Positions 1 through 14,289 of a DNA stretch of 64,000 nt are shown here, one piece after another; position 1 is the stretch's first letter, and the number at the start of each line of letters is the position of its first letter. The DNA is from Laetmonice hystrix. Lineage: Eukaryota. Under the pieces are notes generated by a model that saw only the letters and a program-made list of their open reading frames with translations, searched no databases and was not told where the DNA came from. Location of the stretch: positions 16,556,001 to 16,620,000 of the forward strand of contig OZ249436.1 of NCBI GenBank assembly GCA_965235115.1. The letters are read 5' to 3'. A program made the translations under genes and the position numbers.

Positions 1-745
1 TCCCTCCCGGCTGGCAGTCCCTCGCGGCAGGCAGACCCTCGCGGCAGGCAGACCCTCCCGGCTGACATGCGCTCCCGACAGGCAGGCAGGAAGGGGGGGG
101 GGTGGCGTGGGGACAGACAGACGGCCATGCCACATCCTCTGTGGCCATGTAAATGTGAAGTAATAATGGGCCACGGCGAACGGCGGCGAACAACCCACAG
201 TGACCCGCGCACTAATTGGCACCGCGCGTGCTTTCACAGCCACCCACATGTCTCTGACAGATCGCATCGCCGCTGACAGATCGCATCGCCGCTGAAGTCG
301 CGATGAAGTCGGCACTTTGACAGAACAGCTCCAATTAGAATGGGCGCAGTGAACAAACTCCCTACACTCCCTGGGCGGTGTCAAATGCATGACCGGACCT
401 CAGTGGCGCCAGGTTTCACCGAATGGCGCTTCTAACAAATTTAAGTGGATGAGTCTTGGGGGGAGCTTATCATACAACACCACGGCCCATGTCTTAAAAT
501 ACCCCGCTCCCCCCAAGTAACGGTCTCCTGGGGCGGTGACTGATTAATAAATAGCTCTCATCTGGCCCAGACTCTATTCAAGCCTGAAGGATTGCTTCCG
601 GATATCCTATTTACTCAAATTCTCAACGTAAACACCTTTAACAACGGAAGATTCTGAAACATTGTCCTTTCAGTGTCAGCAATACGGACACAAGGAGTAC
701 CATTATGATAGTCTTAAAGGAGCAAAATGAAGCCACATCACTCGC

Positions 746-1296
746 AACCACACCCTCAGTCACAAACCTTAACCCACCATCACCCACTCCCATCCCTGCC
801 ACTCCCAACCACACCCTCAGTCATAAACCTAAACCCACTATCACCCACTCCCATCCCTGCCACTCCCAACCACACCCTCAGTCAGAAACCTAAACCCACC
901 ATCACCCACTGCCATCCCTACCACTCCCAACCACACCCTTAGTCACAAACCTTAACCCACCATCACCCACTCCCATCCCTGCCACTCCCAACCACACCCT
1001 CAGTCAGAAACCTAAACCCACCATCACCCACTGCCATCCCTACCACTCCCAACCACACCCTCAGTCATAAACCTTAACCCACCATCACCCACTCCCATCC
1101 CTGCCACTCCCAACCACACCCTCAGTCAGAAACCTAAACCCACTATCACCCACTGCCATCCCTACCACTCCCAACCACACCCCCAGTCATAAACCTTAAT
1201 TCACCATCACCCACTCCCATCCCTACCACTCCCAACCACACCCTCAGTCATAAACCTTAACCCACCACCACCAACCCCTATTCCTACCACTCCCAA
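746..1296. repeat. Minisatellite, ~60-bp unit
   Basis: ccactcccaaccacaccctcagtcataaaccttaacccaccatcacc... ~9 copies. Confidence 0.9.
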
Positions 1297-3373
1297 CAAT
1301 AACCCGCCACATCATCGTTTGGTGATCTGACGCCAAAAACCTCGAAGGAAACAGTCGTATGGGTGTGCATAGATGGAGAGATCAAATTTATCAACTAAAA
1401 ATTACAGGCGCTTATCGTGTTTCTCAATGTAAGTACATTGTGAACTGTATCTCCGAGCTAGAAGTAATTAAGTAATTGGAGTGGTGCGCTAGAGGACGCA
1501 GTCGTCATGGCGACGGTTGGTGGCCATGACATTGCCATGACGTCACGTTTTACGTGATCTTGTTGACACACGCATGGCTTCGTTAATTTTAATGAGCGCC
1601 CACTCTCCCTCGGCGCCGGGTTTCCTTCAGTTTCCTTCCTGAAGGCAACCATCAATTATGGGGCTGGTGCCATGATCGGCCGAGGACCTTCGCAGTGACG
1701 CCGTCAGAATTATCGTCTGTGTACTTATTGACATTAAAAACCTCACTCTGGAATAAACACACACCTTGGGAATACTGCAACTCGTCGGAGCCAATCGGGG
1801 AGTCGGGGACTTCCGTTTCAGTGGCCGAGGAGACGTGCCATATTTTAGTCCCAGATGGTGACTGCGATCGTGTGCTGAGGCTACAGGTGCTGCTTGAGAA
1901 TATGTTCAAAAAACATTACTTTGATATCACTGCATGTACTCTCATCGAAAACGAGTCTACAGTTCGATTTCTCTCAGGGGTGGTAGAATGAGGTGTGAGT
2001 AGTGCATTAAAATGGTACCATGAGTCCGGCTACTGAGGCCAAGGGAATGGGTGGACTGGGGATATATGTAAGTCTGGTTACTGGGGCCAAGAGAATGGGA
2101 TGACTGGGGATATATGTAAGTCTGGTTACTGGGGCCAAGAGAATGGGTGGACTGGGAATATATTAGCCATTGTCTCTCCCCTGTAGAGAAATATTCAAAT
2201 CACTTCAAATAAAGAAACGGCACCGATTCATATTTCGACGAATACATGATTACTTCCCATAACAGCTGTTGGAGTGATGCGCATTTGATCCTGTCCACTG
2301 TTGTTGTTTTTCTGTACTGCACATGTGCAAATGGAACCGGCTTCCTTTCAAAATGGCGACGGAGGGCCTGAAACGGCGGCTTCAATTTACAACAAAAGGC
2401 CTTAACAGTCAAAATCACCTTCGGAATAGACGATGTCTTGCACGATGATTTAGCGTATGCACATTAACATGGGCATAAATAAGTAGACATCACGACAGGG
2501 GTTTTGAAATCGGCGTTGAAACCGAGCTAACCCGTGCTAAATTCTCTAGGGGATCTCCCACATCCTTAAGGCGGAGCTGTTAAGGGTGGCCACGCCCACG
2601 TCTTGAGATATATCTAAGTCTGGTTACTGGGGTCAACTGAAGTCGCTGGCCTTTTAAAACCACCAATATGCGGATTCGCCGCACCCGTTCATAGTCCCAT
2701 TGACCAGTCGTATGTTCAGTCGGCGATGATCGGCAAACGAAAGGCAGCGCCACTCATCTAGGGGGTACCGACCCGGATGTAGAAGTTTTATTGTTATTGA
2801 CACCTGCTGGTACTTGCTCAGGAGCCCCCCCCCCCCCGGCGTATTTGGACAAGTCCACAGACCTGTAAACATTCCATGTAGCTAAGCCGCGAGGATAGGG
2901 GTCACACTTAGACGCTATTACAAAAAAAACTATCAATTTAAAGAATCTGCATGTTCTACTCTAGACATGTTGTCTGATAAACGTGGCCCTTAGGCCTGTT
3001 AATATTCGGTGTTATTGACAATTTTAGTTTCGGAATCACTGAGTACACATGGCAATGCTCCCGTGACACGACGATAACGCTAATATAAACGTAGATTACA
3101 CTCACGAGACAATAACTCTCTTCCCACGTGATTCAACACGACTAGGTAATGTGACCCACACATGTATACCTATCATGAGGAAGGAGTACAGAAAGTAAGC
3201 CGACCTTCTGTCAGTGCATCTGTTTCGGTACAGTGTCGCCTTCAATAATTACCTTCGTTCTGTTGGTCCTCATTTCTAAAAGCCACCTCATATCACCGGC
3301 TCTCTCGTGTATGGAACGGCATCCACACCGATTGTAGAATGACTGCAACTCTCAGCATTCTCTGTCGTTAGCC

Positions 3374-3965
3374 TTGAGTAAGCACACGGTGCCACAAGTG
3401 GGTGGTGTCATGAGTAAGCACACGGTGCCACAAGTGGGTTGTGCCATTAGTAAGCAAACGGTGCCACAACAAGTGGGTTGTGCCATTAGTAAGCACACGG
3501 TGCCACAAGTGGGTGGTGTCATTAGTAAGTACACGGCGCCACAACAAGTGGGAGGTGGCATCAGTAAGCACACCCCGCCACAAGTGGGTGGTGCCATCAG
3601 TAAGCACACAGTGCCACAAGTGGGTGGTGCCATTAGTAAGCACACGGCGCCACAAGTGGGTGGTGCCATCAGTAAACACACGTTGCCACAACAAGTGGGT
3701 GGTGCCATTAGTAAGCACACGGTGCCACAAGTGGGTTGTGCCATTAGTAAGCACACGGTGCCACAAGTGGGTGGTGTCATTAGTAAGTACACGGCGCCAC
3801 AACAAGTGGGAGGTGGCATCAGTAAGCACACGGTGCCACAAGTGGGTGGTGCCATTAGTAAGCACACGGCGCCACAAGTGGGTGGTGCCATCAGTAAGCA
3901 CACGTTGCCACAACAAGTGGGTGGTGCCATTAGTAAGCACACGGCGCCACAACAAATGCGGTGCC
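3374..3965. repeat. Minisatellite, 36/39-bp unit
   Basis: agtaagcacacggtgccacaagtgggtggtgccatt repeats. Confidence 0.9.
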
Positions 3966-4685
3966 ATATAGTAGGCCAGCCCACCTTACAAGAAGCCACC
4001 CACGCTAATTACACGTTTACATTTAATACACAATTTCCCTCTGATCGTCGCACGGTGACTCGGGGCGGCACTGATCTATGTTAGAGGGTAGTAAGCCCGG
4101 GGGATGACATGCTGACAGCCGTGACAGATCTGTCAATATCGGGGAAACTTGTCCGAGTGTCACTCACGGTGGGAACATGATCTATTTCTGGGTTGAAAAA
4201 CGGTAAATGAACACTAACAGAAGGCCCTCTGATCCAAAAATACATGACCGCTGTCTTTGAAAAACGGTAAATGAACACTAACAGAAGACCCTCTGATCCA
4301 AAAATACATGACCGTTGTCTATAGCCTCCATCCCACAGATGAGGAAATAGTCCCAGGCAGTTGATTTGAGCAGGACTGCGTTCATGCAGATTGCTAGTTA
4401 GAGATCTACTAGTGTTAATCATTCAACAACAATGCAAGATTGCATGATAGCATCGCCAATGGTCTCCCCCACCCCACCCCAAGATTTTTGCACCGACCGA
4501 AATAAATATTTCATGAAAATCCAGCCGCTGACATCAAGTCTATTGCGCTGTGAGCAGAATTGGCGCAAGCGTACGTTCAGGGTCTGCGCGCAGCCGCGGC
4601 AGGATCGAGCGTGGAGCTCTGCCGGGGACCTGCCTCCGCCTTACTACATACAAACCTAAGACTTATTTATAAAATACCACATCCA

Positions 4686-4950
4686 TGCCTCGTTAGTGTA
4701 TGACTTTAACTCCTACCAGCAACCCTCGACCACACCCAGGCCTCGTTAGTGTATGACTTGAACTCCTACCGCAACCCTCGACCACACCCAGGCCTCGTTA
4801 GTTGTGACTTGAACTCCTACCAGCAACCCTCGACCACACCCAGGACTCGTTAGTTGTGACTTGAACTCCTACCGGCAACCCTCGACCACAATCAGGCCTC
4901 GTTGGGGGTATGACTTGAACTCCTACCGGTAACCCTCCACCACACCCAGG
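4686..4950. repeat. Minisatellite, ~53-bp unit
   Basis: gcctcgttagtgtatgacttgaactcctacc... 5 copies. Confidence 0.85.
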
Positions 4951-5517
4951 CCCCGCAAGTCTGTGACCCTGTGACGTCAGGAAATTGAATCCGAATCCTA
5001 TCTGGACTAAACGACCTCGATTTCTTAGTGCTCCGTTATAAGGACCGCCTTGATGTACACATAAACAGGTATGCTGCTGCCAAGAATAAGAAGAAAGAAG
5101 ACCCCTCCAGAATTTGAGGCAGCTCCTCTTCCGAGCCACCGGATACGGATGTGATCACTCGGCTGCCACATCTAATCTTGTTAGTGTCCGTGAGACTTTC
5201 CAACCATCTGTCGCCACCTCCTGTCTCCTTCACACATGCCGTCTTCTGACAAACACTTATTTTTGCCCGATGAACAATAAAGGTTTAATTGATTCAATTT
5301 CTGTTGCCGCAGTGGATTTGCATGAATTATCACAGTTTTCTCTTTTCAGTTTGTGTTGTTAATTGCCCTAGATTTTCAATCATGGAAATACGGTGAACGT
5401 CAATCTCATTTCACTACAATGCTAGCATTCCGCGAATGGGGATTCGTCAACGGATTCCGAAGGCGGGGGCGGGTCCGCGAATATGAACAGTTTTACATGG
5501 CCTAGAAACATCACTTC

Positions 5518-7150
5518 AGCTCCAGCTAACCCACAGACACCCATCCAGCTAACCCACAGACACCCATCCAGCTAACCCACAGACATCCCTCCAGCTGGTC
5601 CACAGAAACCGCTCCAGCTAACCCACAGACACCCCTCCAGCTAACCCACAGACACCCCTCCAGCAAACCCACAGACACCCCTCCAGCTAACCCACAGACA
5701 CCCCTCCAGCTAACCCACAGACATCCCTCCAGCTAACCCACAGACATCCCTCCAGCTGGCCCACAGACACCCCTCCAGCTAACCCACAGACACCCCTCCA
5801 GCTAACCCACAGACACCCCTCCAGCTAACCCACAGACATCCCTCCAGCTAACCCACAGACATCCCCCCAGCTGGCCCACAGACACCCCTCCAGCTAACCC
5901 ACAGACACCCCTCCAGCTGGCCCACAGACACCCCTCCAGCTAACCCACAGACACCCCTCCAGCTGGCCCACAGACATCCCTCCAGCTAACCCACAGACAT
6001 CCCTCCAGCTAACCCACAGACACCCCTCCAGCTAACCCACAGACACCCCTCCAGCTAACCCACAGACACCCCTCCAGCTAACCCACAGACACCCCTCCAG
6101 CTAACCCACAGACATCCCTCCAGCTAACCCACAGACATCCCTCCAGCTAACCCACAGACATCCCTCCAGCTAACCCACAGACACCCCTCCAGCTCACCGA
6201 CAGACACCCCTCCAGCTGGCCTACAGACACCCCTCCAGCTGGCCCACAGACACCCCTCCAGCTAACCCACAGCTATCCCTCCAGCTGGCCCACAGACACC
6301 CCTCCAGCTAACCCACAGACACCCCTCCAGCTAACCCACAGACACCCCTCCAGCTAACCCACAGACACTCCTCCAGCTGGCCCACAGATCCCTCCAGCTA
6401 ACCCACAACTATCCCTCCAGCTGGCCCACAACTATCCCTCCAGCTGGCCCACAGACACTCCTTCAGCTAACCCACAGACATCCCTCCAGCTGGTCCACAG
6501 ACACCCCTCCAGCTAACCCACAGACACTCCTCCAGCTAACCCACAGACACCCCTCCAGATAACCCACAGACACCCCTCCAGCTAACCCACAACTATCCCT
6601 CCAGCTAACCCACAGACATCCCTCCAGCTAACCCACAGACATCCCTCCAGCTGGTCCACAGACACCCCTCCAGCTAACCCACAGACACCCCTCCAGCTAA
6701 CCCACAGACACTCCTCCAGCTGGCCCACAGATCCCTCCAGCTAACCCACAACTATCCCTCCAGCTGGCCCACAGACACTCCTTCAGCTAACCCACAGACA
6801 TCCCTCCAGCTGGTCCACAGACACCCCTCCAGCTAACCCACAGACACCATTCTAGCTGGCCCACAGACACTCCTCCAGCTAACCCAGAGACACCCCTCCA
6901 GCTAACCCAGAGACACCCCTCCAGCTAACCCAGAGACACCCCTCCAGCTAACCCACAGACACCCCTCCAGCTAACCCACAGACACCCCTCCAGCTAACCC
7001 ACAGACACCCCTCCAGCTGGCCCACAGACATCCCTCCAGCTAACCCAGAGACACCCCTCCAGCTAACCCACAGACACCCCTCCAGCTAACCCACAGACAC
7101 CCCTCCAGCTAACCCACAACTATCCCTCCAGCTGACCCACAGACATCCCA
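5518..7150. repeat. Minisatellite, 23-bp unit
   Basis: ccagctaacccacagacacccct, ~70 copies. Confidence 0.95.
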
Positions 7151-7604
7151 GACGAGTAGAAGCCACGCGTTGAAGCTGCCATGGCTACTGGCCGAGGCAG
7201 CGTCTGGGCGTCTCGCCGCCAACGGTCGCTCAGGGCGACCGGCCCGGAAACCTGAGGAAGAATATGTCAACTGGACCGCAAGTCACGCACATACTCAGTG
7301 ACGTCGGTGCAAACTCTCCTCAGAACTCCATTACATTACAAATGGCCCGAGTTGATTCTTGACCTTTATATATTGATCCATCTGCGCTTCAGCTATTTTA
7401 TTGACTGGGTTTCCCTCTGCATTCTCAGGCAATATCTGACTGGGGTTTGATGTGTTATTTGCCCACGTTGATATGGCAACAATCAGGAGAACTAAAATAG
7501 CTGCTGAAAGGTTTTAAGGACAACCATTGGCGTCAATCAACAGATGCCAACATCAGCCACATTTCCTGCGTTTATTTCCATGAAATATCTTCCTGGCGTC
7601 GACG

Positions 7605-8090
7605 GCGCTGTAATAACTGGTCAGGCCGTTACCTGCGCTGTAATAACTGTACATGGTCAGGCCGTTATGTATGCGCTGTAATAACTGTACATGGCCAGGC
7701 CGTTATGTATGCGCTGTAATAACTGTACATGGTCAGACCGTTATGTATGCGCTGTAATAACTGTACATGGTCAGGCCGTTATGTATGCGCTGTAATAACT
7801 GTACATGGTCAAGCCGTTATGTATGCGCTGTAATAACTGTACATGGTCAGGCCGTTATGTATGCGCTGTAATAACTGTACATGGTCAAGCCGTTACCTGC
7901 GCTGTAATAACTGTACATGGTCAGACCGTTAACTGTACATGGTCAGGCCGTTATGTATGCGCAGTAATAACTGTACATGGTCAAGCCGTTACCTGCGCTG
8001 TAATAACTGCGTATACACTTTGTTCGTTACATGCGTATGCGTTGTAATAACTGCGTATACACTTTGTTCGTTACATGCGCTGTAACTGCA
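7605..8090. repeat. Minisatellite, 38-bp unit
   Basis: gcgctgtaataactgtacatggtcaggccgttatgtat. Confidence 0.9.
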
Positions 8091-8347
8091 CATATACTTC
8101 GGTCGTTATATTATTGTTATTGTGATTCATTGCGAACAGTCGTCTCATATCGCTGGATATGAAGACACGGTTGTTCCTTTATACTGGTGATTTTGTCAAG
8201 ATTAATATGACGAAGGTGCATCTAAAAGTCTATATCAACAGGGTATGTGTCACTATGGGCCTGATGATCTACATTTCTGTTGTATCCTATTCTGTTTACT
8301 CGAACTGCTGAGACTGACAAACTCCGAATTGCAGATTATAGTTCAAC

Positions 8348-8942
8348 GTCCCTCCGGTCAGTTTGGGTGCATACCGTAATTGTGATGTCCTTCCGACCAG
8401 TTTGGGTGCATACCGTAATTATGATGTCCTTCCGGCCAGTTTGCACTCTAAAAACAGATTGGTTGAAATTACCAAGATATTGGTTGAATCAACCAATATT
8501 GATTGAAATGTGTCCAACCAATCTGGATTGGTTGGACACATTTCAATCAATATTGGTTAATTCAACCAATCTGCTTTTAGACTGTGGGTGCAAACCGTAA
8601 TTATGATGTCCTTCCGGCCAGTTTGGGTGCATACCGTAATTATGATGTCCCTCCGGCCAGTTTGGGTGCAACCGTAATTAGCATGTTCTTCCGGCCAGTT
8701 TGGGTGCAAACCGTAATTAGCATGTTCTTCCGGCCAGTTTGGGTGCAAACTGTATTGAGCATGTTCTTCCGACCAGTTTGGGTGCAAACTGTATTGAGCA
8801 TGTTCTTCCGACCAGTTTGGGTGCAAACTGTATTGAGCATGTTCTTCCGACCAGTTTGGGTGCAAACTGTATTGAGCATGTTCTTCCGACCAGTTTGGGT
8901 GCAAACTGTATTGAGCATGTTCTTCCGACCAGTTTGGGTGCA
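8348..8942. repeat. Minisatellite, 39-bp unit (interrupted by MITE)
   Basis: ttccgaccagtttgggtgcaaactgtattgagcatgttc. Confidence 0.9.
8444..8584. mobile_element. 141-bp palindromic EnSpm-type MITE
   Basis: CACTCTAAAAACAGATTGGTTGAA ... TTCAACCAATCTGCTTTTAGACTG, almost fully self-complementary; 2-bp TG duplication; interrupts the 39-bp minisatellite unit (ccagtttg^ggtgc). Confidence 0.75.
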
Positions 8943-9095
8943 TGCCGCAAGCAGTTGACAAACCGGAGTTTTTTGGAACTGGGCAGATTGGAAGTAGTGT
9001 CAGTGGTGTTGAGAAAATGGGATCGATGCAGGTTGGAGGCGGCAACAATGGTCATCGAGAAAATGGTCTCTAGAGATCTGAGGTGGCGCCAGTGG

Positions 9096-9355
9096 CAGGC
9101 GCGGATCCAAGGAGGGGGCGCAGCCCCCCCCCCCCCTTTTGAGAGACAGAGAGGAATTTCAGTAAGATAAATTTTCGCCAGAATAAAAATACCAATTTTT
9201 TCACTCACTTCCCAAGAAATCGAGAATACATGTATAACACTTATTTTTTACAACATTTTCCTGGGAAGGACCCGGTAACCAACTACTAAGGTGGGCCTCC
9301 GTCACTTTCTTGGGGGGGGGGGCCCTTCTTCTATGAAACCCTGGATCCGCGCCTG
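9096..9355. mobile_element. Non-autonomous DNA element, CAGGCGCGGATCC termini, 5-bp TSD
   Basis: TIR caggcgcggatcca / tggatccgcgcctg; AGTGG on both sides. Confidence 0.75.
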
Positions 9356-10035
9356 AGTGGCCTTGGGGAAATGGTCTTGACAGACTGGGAACAGTGTCTT
9401 TCTGCTAATGAGACACCCGGCAGAGTTCGCAAGGTCAGCTTCCATTCTTAATCCCCGCCCCTGCCATGTATAACCTACTAGTGCTGGTTGATATCATAGT
9501 GATACTATGACGATAATGTTGATTTGATAATAATATTATAACGATGACTTGGTTGATATGATAATGATACTATAACAATAACGTTGGTCAATATGATAAT
9601 TATACTACGTTATTTATAGTAAGACTATAACGATGACTTGGTTGATATGATGATACTATTACATTGACATGATAATGATACTATAGTGACTATAATGGAA
9701 GTGGTGGCTGTGATAATACTAGTATGACACAGAGACTGGTTGCTATGGCAATATTAGAACGATACTGGTTGTCATGACAATGATAAGCCACGATCCGAGC
9801 CATCTCGTTATCAGGCTGGTGGACTGAGAATATTTAAATACCATGGCATTTAGAACCCAAAATAGTCAGTCCTCTTTGCCGCCTCCTGTTTAGTAGCCAT
9901 TTTTGCCAAGAACAATCGATCAAATTCCATTGTCTCCAATATAACTGCCTCAGGGGACAGGGGCTGGAGGTCGACACGATTCTAAACTCGTCATCTGGCT
10001 GATATTTGTCTCCTGGCTATGTCCGCAAACCTTAA

Positions 10036-10563
10036 AGGGGCATATTATGAGGAAACGTTAAAAATCGGTATTTCATAGAACTTTTGCTGTTTTCATAAAG
10101 AGATCCTTCATTAAAATTGCTTAGTAAACAAAGACAGACTTATCAGTTTCATTTTACGTGAGAAATCGAAGTTTATTAAGCTCCCTTGCCCGCTTCTCTG
10201 CCGATTTCGTAAACTATTTTTTGGGTGGCATTTTGATTCCGGGCGATCGAGTGCCACTGCTGAATTGTTTACAACTAAGCAAAGCACGTGACTAAGCACA
10301 TGCAGAGAGTGCACACACAGGATGTGACGCAGTATGCGATTACACGGGTTGATAGGGGGTTGTCCGCCAAATAATGGCGGGAGATGTGCTATTGGGAGAA
10401 ATCTATAGGTTTGGTCGTATAGAACCTACTTGTGCTGCATACGCAGCGAAAACACGCCCGAGGACAAAATGCTGTGGTAGGATTATTTACTTGGATCCCT
10501 AGTACACGGTCATGTTGGATAATTGCCGGAAATCCTCAAAAACGTGTTTCATAGCATGCCCCT
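10036..10563. mobile_element. Non-autonomous TTAA-targeting element (Kolobok-like), 528 bp
   Basis: TTAA at 10032-10035 and 10564-10567; termini AGGGGCATATTATGA / TCATAGCATGCCCCT; interrupts the first unit of the 42-bp minisatellite. Confidence 0.75.
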
Positions 10564-10567
10564 TTAA

Positions 10568-11467
10568 CCTGGGATCGGTGCAGCTCATGGCTGTGTCCGC
10601 AAACCTAACCCGGGGGTCGGTGCAGCTCATGCCTGTGTCCGTAAACCTTACCCGGGGTGCAGCTCATGGCTGTGTCCGCAAACCTAACCCGGGGATTGGT
10701 GCAGCTCATGGCTGTGTTCGCAAACCTAACCCGGGGATTGGTGCAGCTCATGGTTGTGTCCGCAAACCTTACCCGGGGATTGGTGCAGCTCATGGCTGTG
10801 TCCGCAAACCTTACCCGGGGATTGGTGCAGCTCATGCTATGTCCGCACTCGTTACGCGGGGATTGGTGCAGTTCATGGCTGTGTCCGCAAACCTAACCCG
10901 GGGATCGGTGCAGCTCATGGCTATGTCCCTTACCCGGGGGTCGGTGCAGCTCATGGCTGTGTCCGCAAACCTTACCCGGGGATTGGTGCAGCTCATGGCT
11001 GTGTCCGCAAACCTTACCCGGGGATTGGTGCAGCTCATGCTATGTCCGCAATCGTTACGCGGGGATTGGTGCAGTTCATGGCTGTGTCCGCAAACCTTAC
11101 CCGGGGTGCAGCTCATAGTTGTGTCCGCAAACCTAACCCGGGGATCGGTGCAGCTCATGGCTATGTCCGCAAACCTTACCCGGGGATTGGTGTAGCTCAT
11201 GGCTGTGTCCGTAAACCTTACCCGGGGATTGGTGCAGCTCAAGGCTGTGTCTGCAAACCTTACCCGGAGATCGGTGCATCTGATGGCTATGTCCGGAAAC
11301 ATTTTCAATCGAACGTGGCACGCTTCTACGTATATACCTATATTTAAACTGGTAGGAGGCTGTGTCCGCAAACCTTACCCGGGGATCGGTGCATCTGATG
11401 GCTATGTCCGTAAACATTTTCAATCGAACATGGCACGCTTCTACGTATATATTTAAACTGGTAGGCT
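10568..11467. repeat. Minisatellite, 42-bp unit
   Basis: ggctgtgtccgcaaaccttacccggggattggtgcagctcat. Confidence 0.9.
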
Positions 11468-11739
11468 CCACCCACAAGAAGAACGTATACATGTATTTTA
11501 TAAACACCGACATTCAAAAGGCAAAGGCAAAGGCCATGCAAAATCTCTGGAGAATTGTGGCTCTCATAGCCGGTAGCTTGTAAATGGAAGCAGCACTTTA
11601 TAGGTCATTTTCTGGATGCTACACGAGACTCAGGCCAAAGTAATACTCTAATGGAGCCATTACTGAAACTAATTCCAAACGTCTCAGTAATATATACAAT
11701 TGTTTAAAAAAAGGTAGAAACGCGCCCAGTTAAAAGACG

Positions 11740-12243
11740 GGCATCCAGGGGTTTGGCAGGCCTAGGTAAGAGGCGGACATCCAGGGGTTTGGCAGGCCTA
11801 GGTAAGAGGCGGACATCCAGGGGTTTGGCAGGCCTGGGTAAGAGGCGGACATCCAAGGGTTTGGCAGGCCTAGGTAAGAGGCGGACATCCAGGGGTTTGG
11901 CAGGCGTGGGTAAGAGGCGGACATCCAGGGGTATGGCAGGCCTAGGTAAGAGGCGGACATCCAGGGGTTTGGCAGGCCTAGGTAAGAGGCGGACATCCAG
12001 GGGTTTGGCAGGCCTAGGTAAGAGGCGGACATCCAGGTAGAACCAGGCCCAGGTAAGGAAGGGACATCCAGGGGTTTGGCAGGCCTAGGTAAGAGGCGGA
12101 CATCCGGGTAGAACCAGGCCCAGGTAAGGGGCGGACATCCAGGGGTTTGGCAGGCCTAGGTAAGAGGCGGACATCCAGGTAGAACCAGGCCCAGGTAAGA
12201 GGTGAAAGAACATCCAGGTGGAATCAGATCCAGGTAAGAGGCG
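11740..12243. repeat. Minisatellite, 36-bp unit
   Basis: catccaggggtttggcaggcctaggtaagaggcgga. Confidence 0.9.
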
Positions 12244-13780
12244 TATTAACAATAATACATGTGGCTCAACCTAGCGCTCCATATATAGTTTACGTACCGC
12301 ATACCGAAAGCTGCTCTGGTCGTAGTAATTAAATGTTTTTTAGTTTCCATACAAACTCAGTGATGACACATTTAATCGTGATAGAGTGCGACCATTTCAA
12401 ATCAAAATTGGGCGTATTGATTTGATCAGAGAACAATCTCCTCCCACGCACACACACTGACGGCACACAGCCACGTCAATACGTGCCTAGCCCCACACGG
12501 AGACCATCGATTCCGGCCACGCTGAATGCCTCGATCCTCCCCACCGTACGAACATCAACCTTCCGTAAACCGACTTCCTCTAACGACTGCGAGAAAGAAC
12601 CAAGCTGTGGACGTCAGACCATTTCTTTCAGTATCTTATCCTAATTTCAGTTGCGAACATCTAACGTTAGAAGCACACGGCGGGCCCGACAGACACACAC
12701 GTGTATTGGAATGCCGTACACCGCGGGTAGTGTGTATCGTCCCCGTCGCCACCATATGGTGGCGGCGTGGGCACACAGCTAGCGCACAACTTTATCTTAG
12801 CCTGCCTTTAAGTGTCACCGATGGCTTGGTAGGCCTACCCTAACGCCCTGCACTGGCGGCAGGGTACCAGGGGACCTGAAGGACGGGGAACCAGGGGACT
12901 AGAGGACTAGGGGACGGGGGACAAGAGGCACTAGGACGGGGGGTAAGGGTAGATCTACACTCTTACCGTTCAGTTGTGACCGTTGGCGGGGAGCCTGATC
13001 ACGTCGTCAGCCTGTCGCTCGGGCCTGCCCCACGCCACACGCCGTCCACTCAACCCGCTTTCCTCCAGCGACTGAAGGCGGCCGCCTGCCTGCTGGAGGA
13101 TTTTACTGGAGGACGCTGCTGGAGACCGATCTGATCACTCGCCACTCGCCGCATGACGCGCGACTCGATCGGGACGCTGCTTGATCCCGGCACGCTGTGA
13201 CGTCCCACCCACACAGTGCTATAGGTCTTAAACGCCACCCTCACCGCCCACACAGGGTGGGATAGATCCTACACCTCACCCTCACCGCCCACACGTACAG
13301 TGCTAGTTAGGTCCTACACCCCACCCTTATCGCACACACACTGCTGGTTAGATCCTACACCCCACCCTCACCGAACACACAGTGCTAGTTAGGTCCTAGA
13401 CTCCACCCTCACCACCCACACAGTGCTAGTTAAGCCCTATACCTCACCCTCACCGCACACACAAGGTGGAGTGCGTGCTAAAACCCACCCTGCACAGCCC
13501 ACACAGTGCTGGTTAGGCCCTACACCCCACCCTCACCGCCAACACAGGGTGGGGTACGTCCTACGTACACCCCACCCTCACCGCCCACACAGGGTGGGGT
13601 AGGGCCTACGTAAAAAAAACAAATCACCCAGCTAGTGCCAGGATGACCCTAACGGTGGAATGTTCCGTAGAAATCATGTGTAGCTCTATCTAGGAAAGCA
13701 CGGATTCTGTCTTATTTCGGAAGATGTGTGTAGGGGGAGGGTCCATTGTCCTGCTCGACCACCAAAACTTCCTTGTGGAA

Positions 13781-13930
13781 GTGGCGGTGGCCGAGTGGGC
13801 ATGGGCTTTCACATGCTATGCGAATGGTTGCAGTAAGCTAGGGGCCGGGGTTTAATTCCCGTAGAAGACTATGACAATTCTTCTCTTTCCGGACATTCTG
13901 GGTTACGCCTGATGCCCGTCTATAAAAAAA
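13781..13930 (+). mobile_element. tRNA-derived SINE-like element
   Basis: A-box-like TGGCCGAGTGG and B-box-like GGTTTAATTCCC with A-rich end; no clean cloverleaf. Confidence 0.4.
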
Positions 13931-14289
13931 CCCAACCCTCGTTTTTTTTTCACGTGACGTCATTAGGAGTTTTCCGGCTATATACTGGTACCCGGCTCGC
14001 TTTTACTGATACCATTAATAGTGATCGCAATAAAGACGATATGGCCATCAATAGTGTTAAGTTTTTCTTGTGCATGAGGGAGAAGTTTAAAGTGGTACAT
14101 GCAGACATCACAATTAACGTGAAATTTTGTACCAGATCCCGATAATACTTGTAATTTGTCGTTGTTTTGTAAAGGAACGGTTGTTGTACAACAACATGAA
14201 CTGTCTGTAATCCGTGATTAAAGTGACCAATTCTCCCGGCCATCTGTCTGAACTGACTGCTGACTGAACTAGGAAAAATACAATAAATT

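Noticed and set aside
1458..2936. Run of short - strand ORFs as a pseudogene
   Set aside because: No recognisable motif or consistent splicing; needs BLASTX.
3352..4084. 176-236 aa ORFs in several frames
   Set aside because: Translations of a minisatellite, open on both strands, with no domain or splice context.
5518..7150. CRISPR-like regular repeats
   Set aside because: Head-to-tail repeats without unique spacers, in spliceosomal-intron DNA, no cas genes.
10512..12040. Multiple overlapping repetitive ORFs
   Set aside because: Products of 42-bp and 36-bp tandem repeats.
13781..13870. tRNA gene
   Set aside because: A/B boxes present but no consistent cloverleaf; better read as a SINE head.
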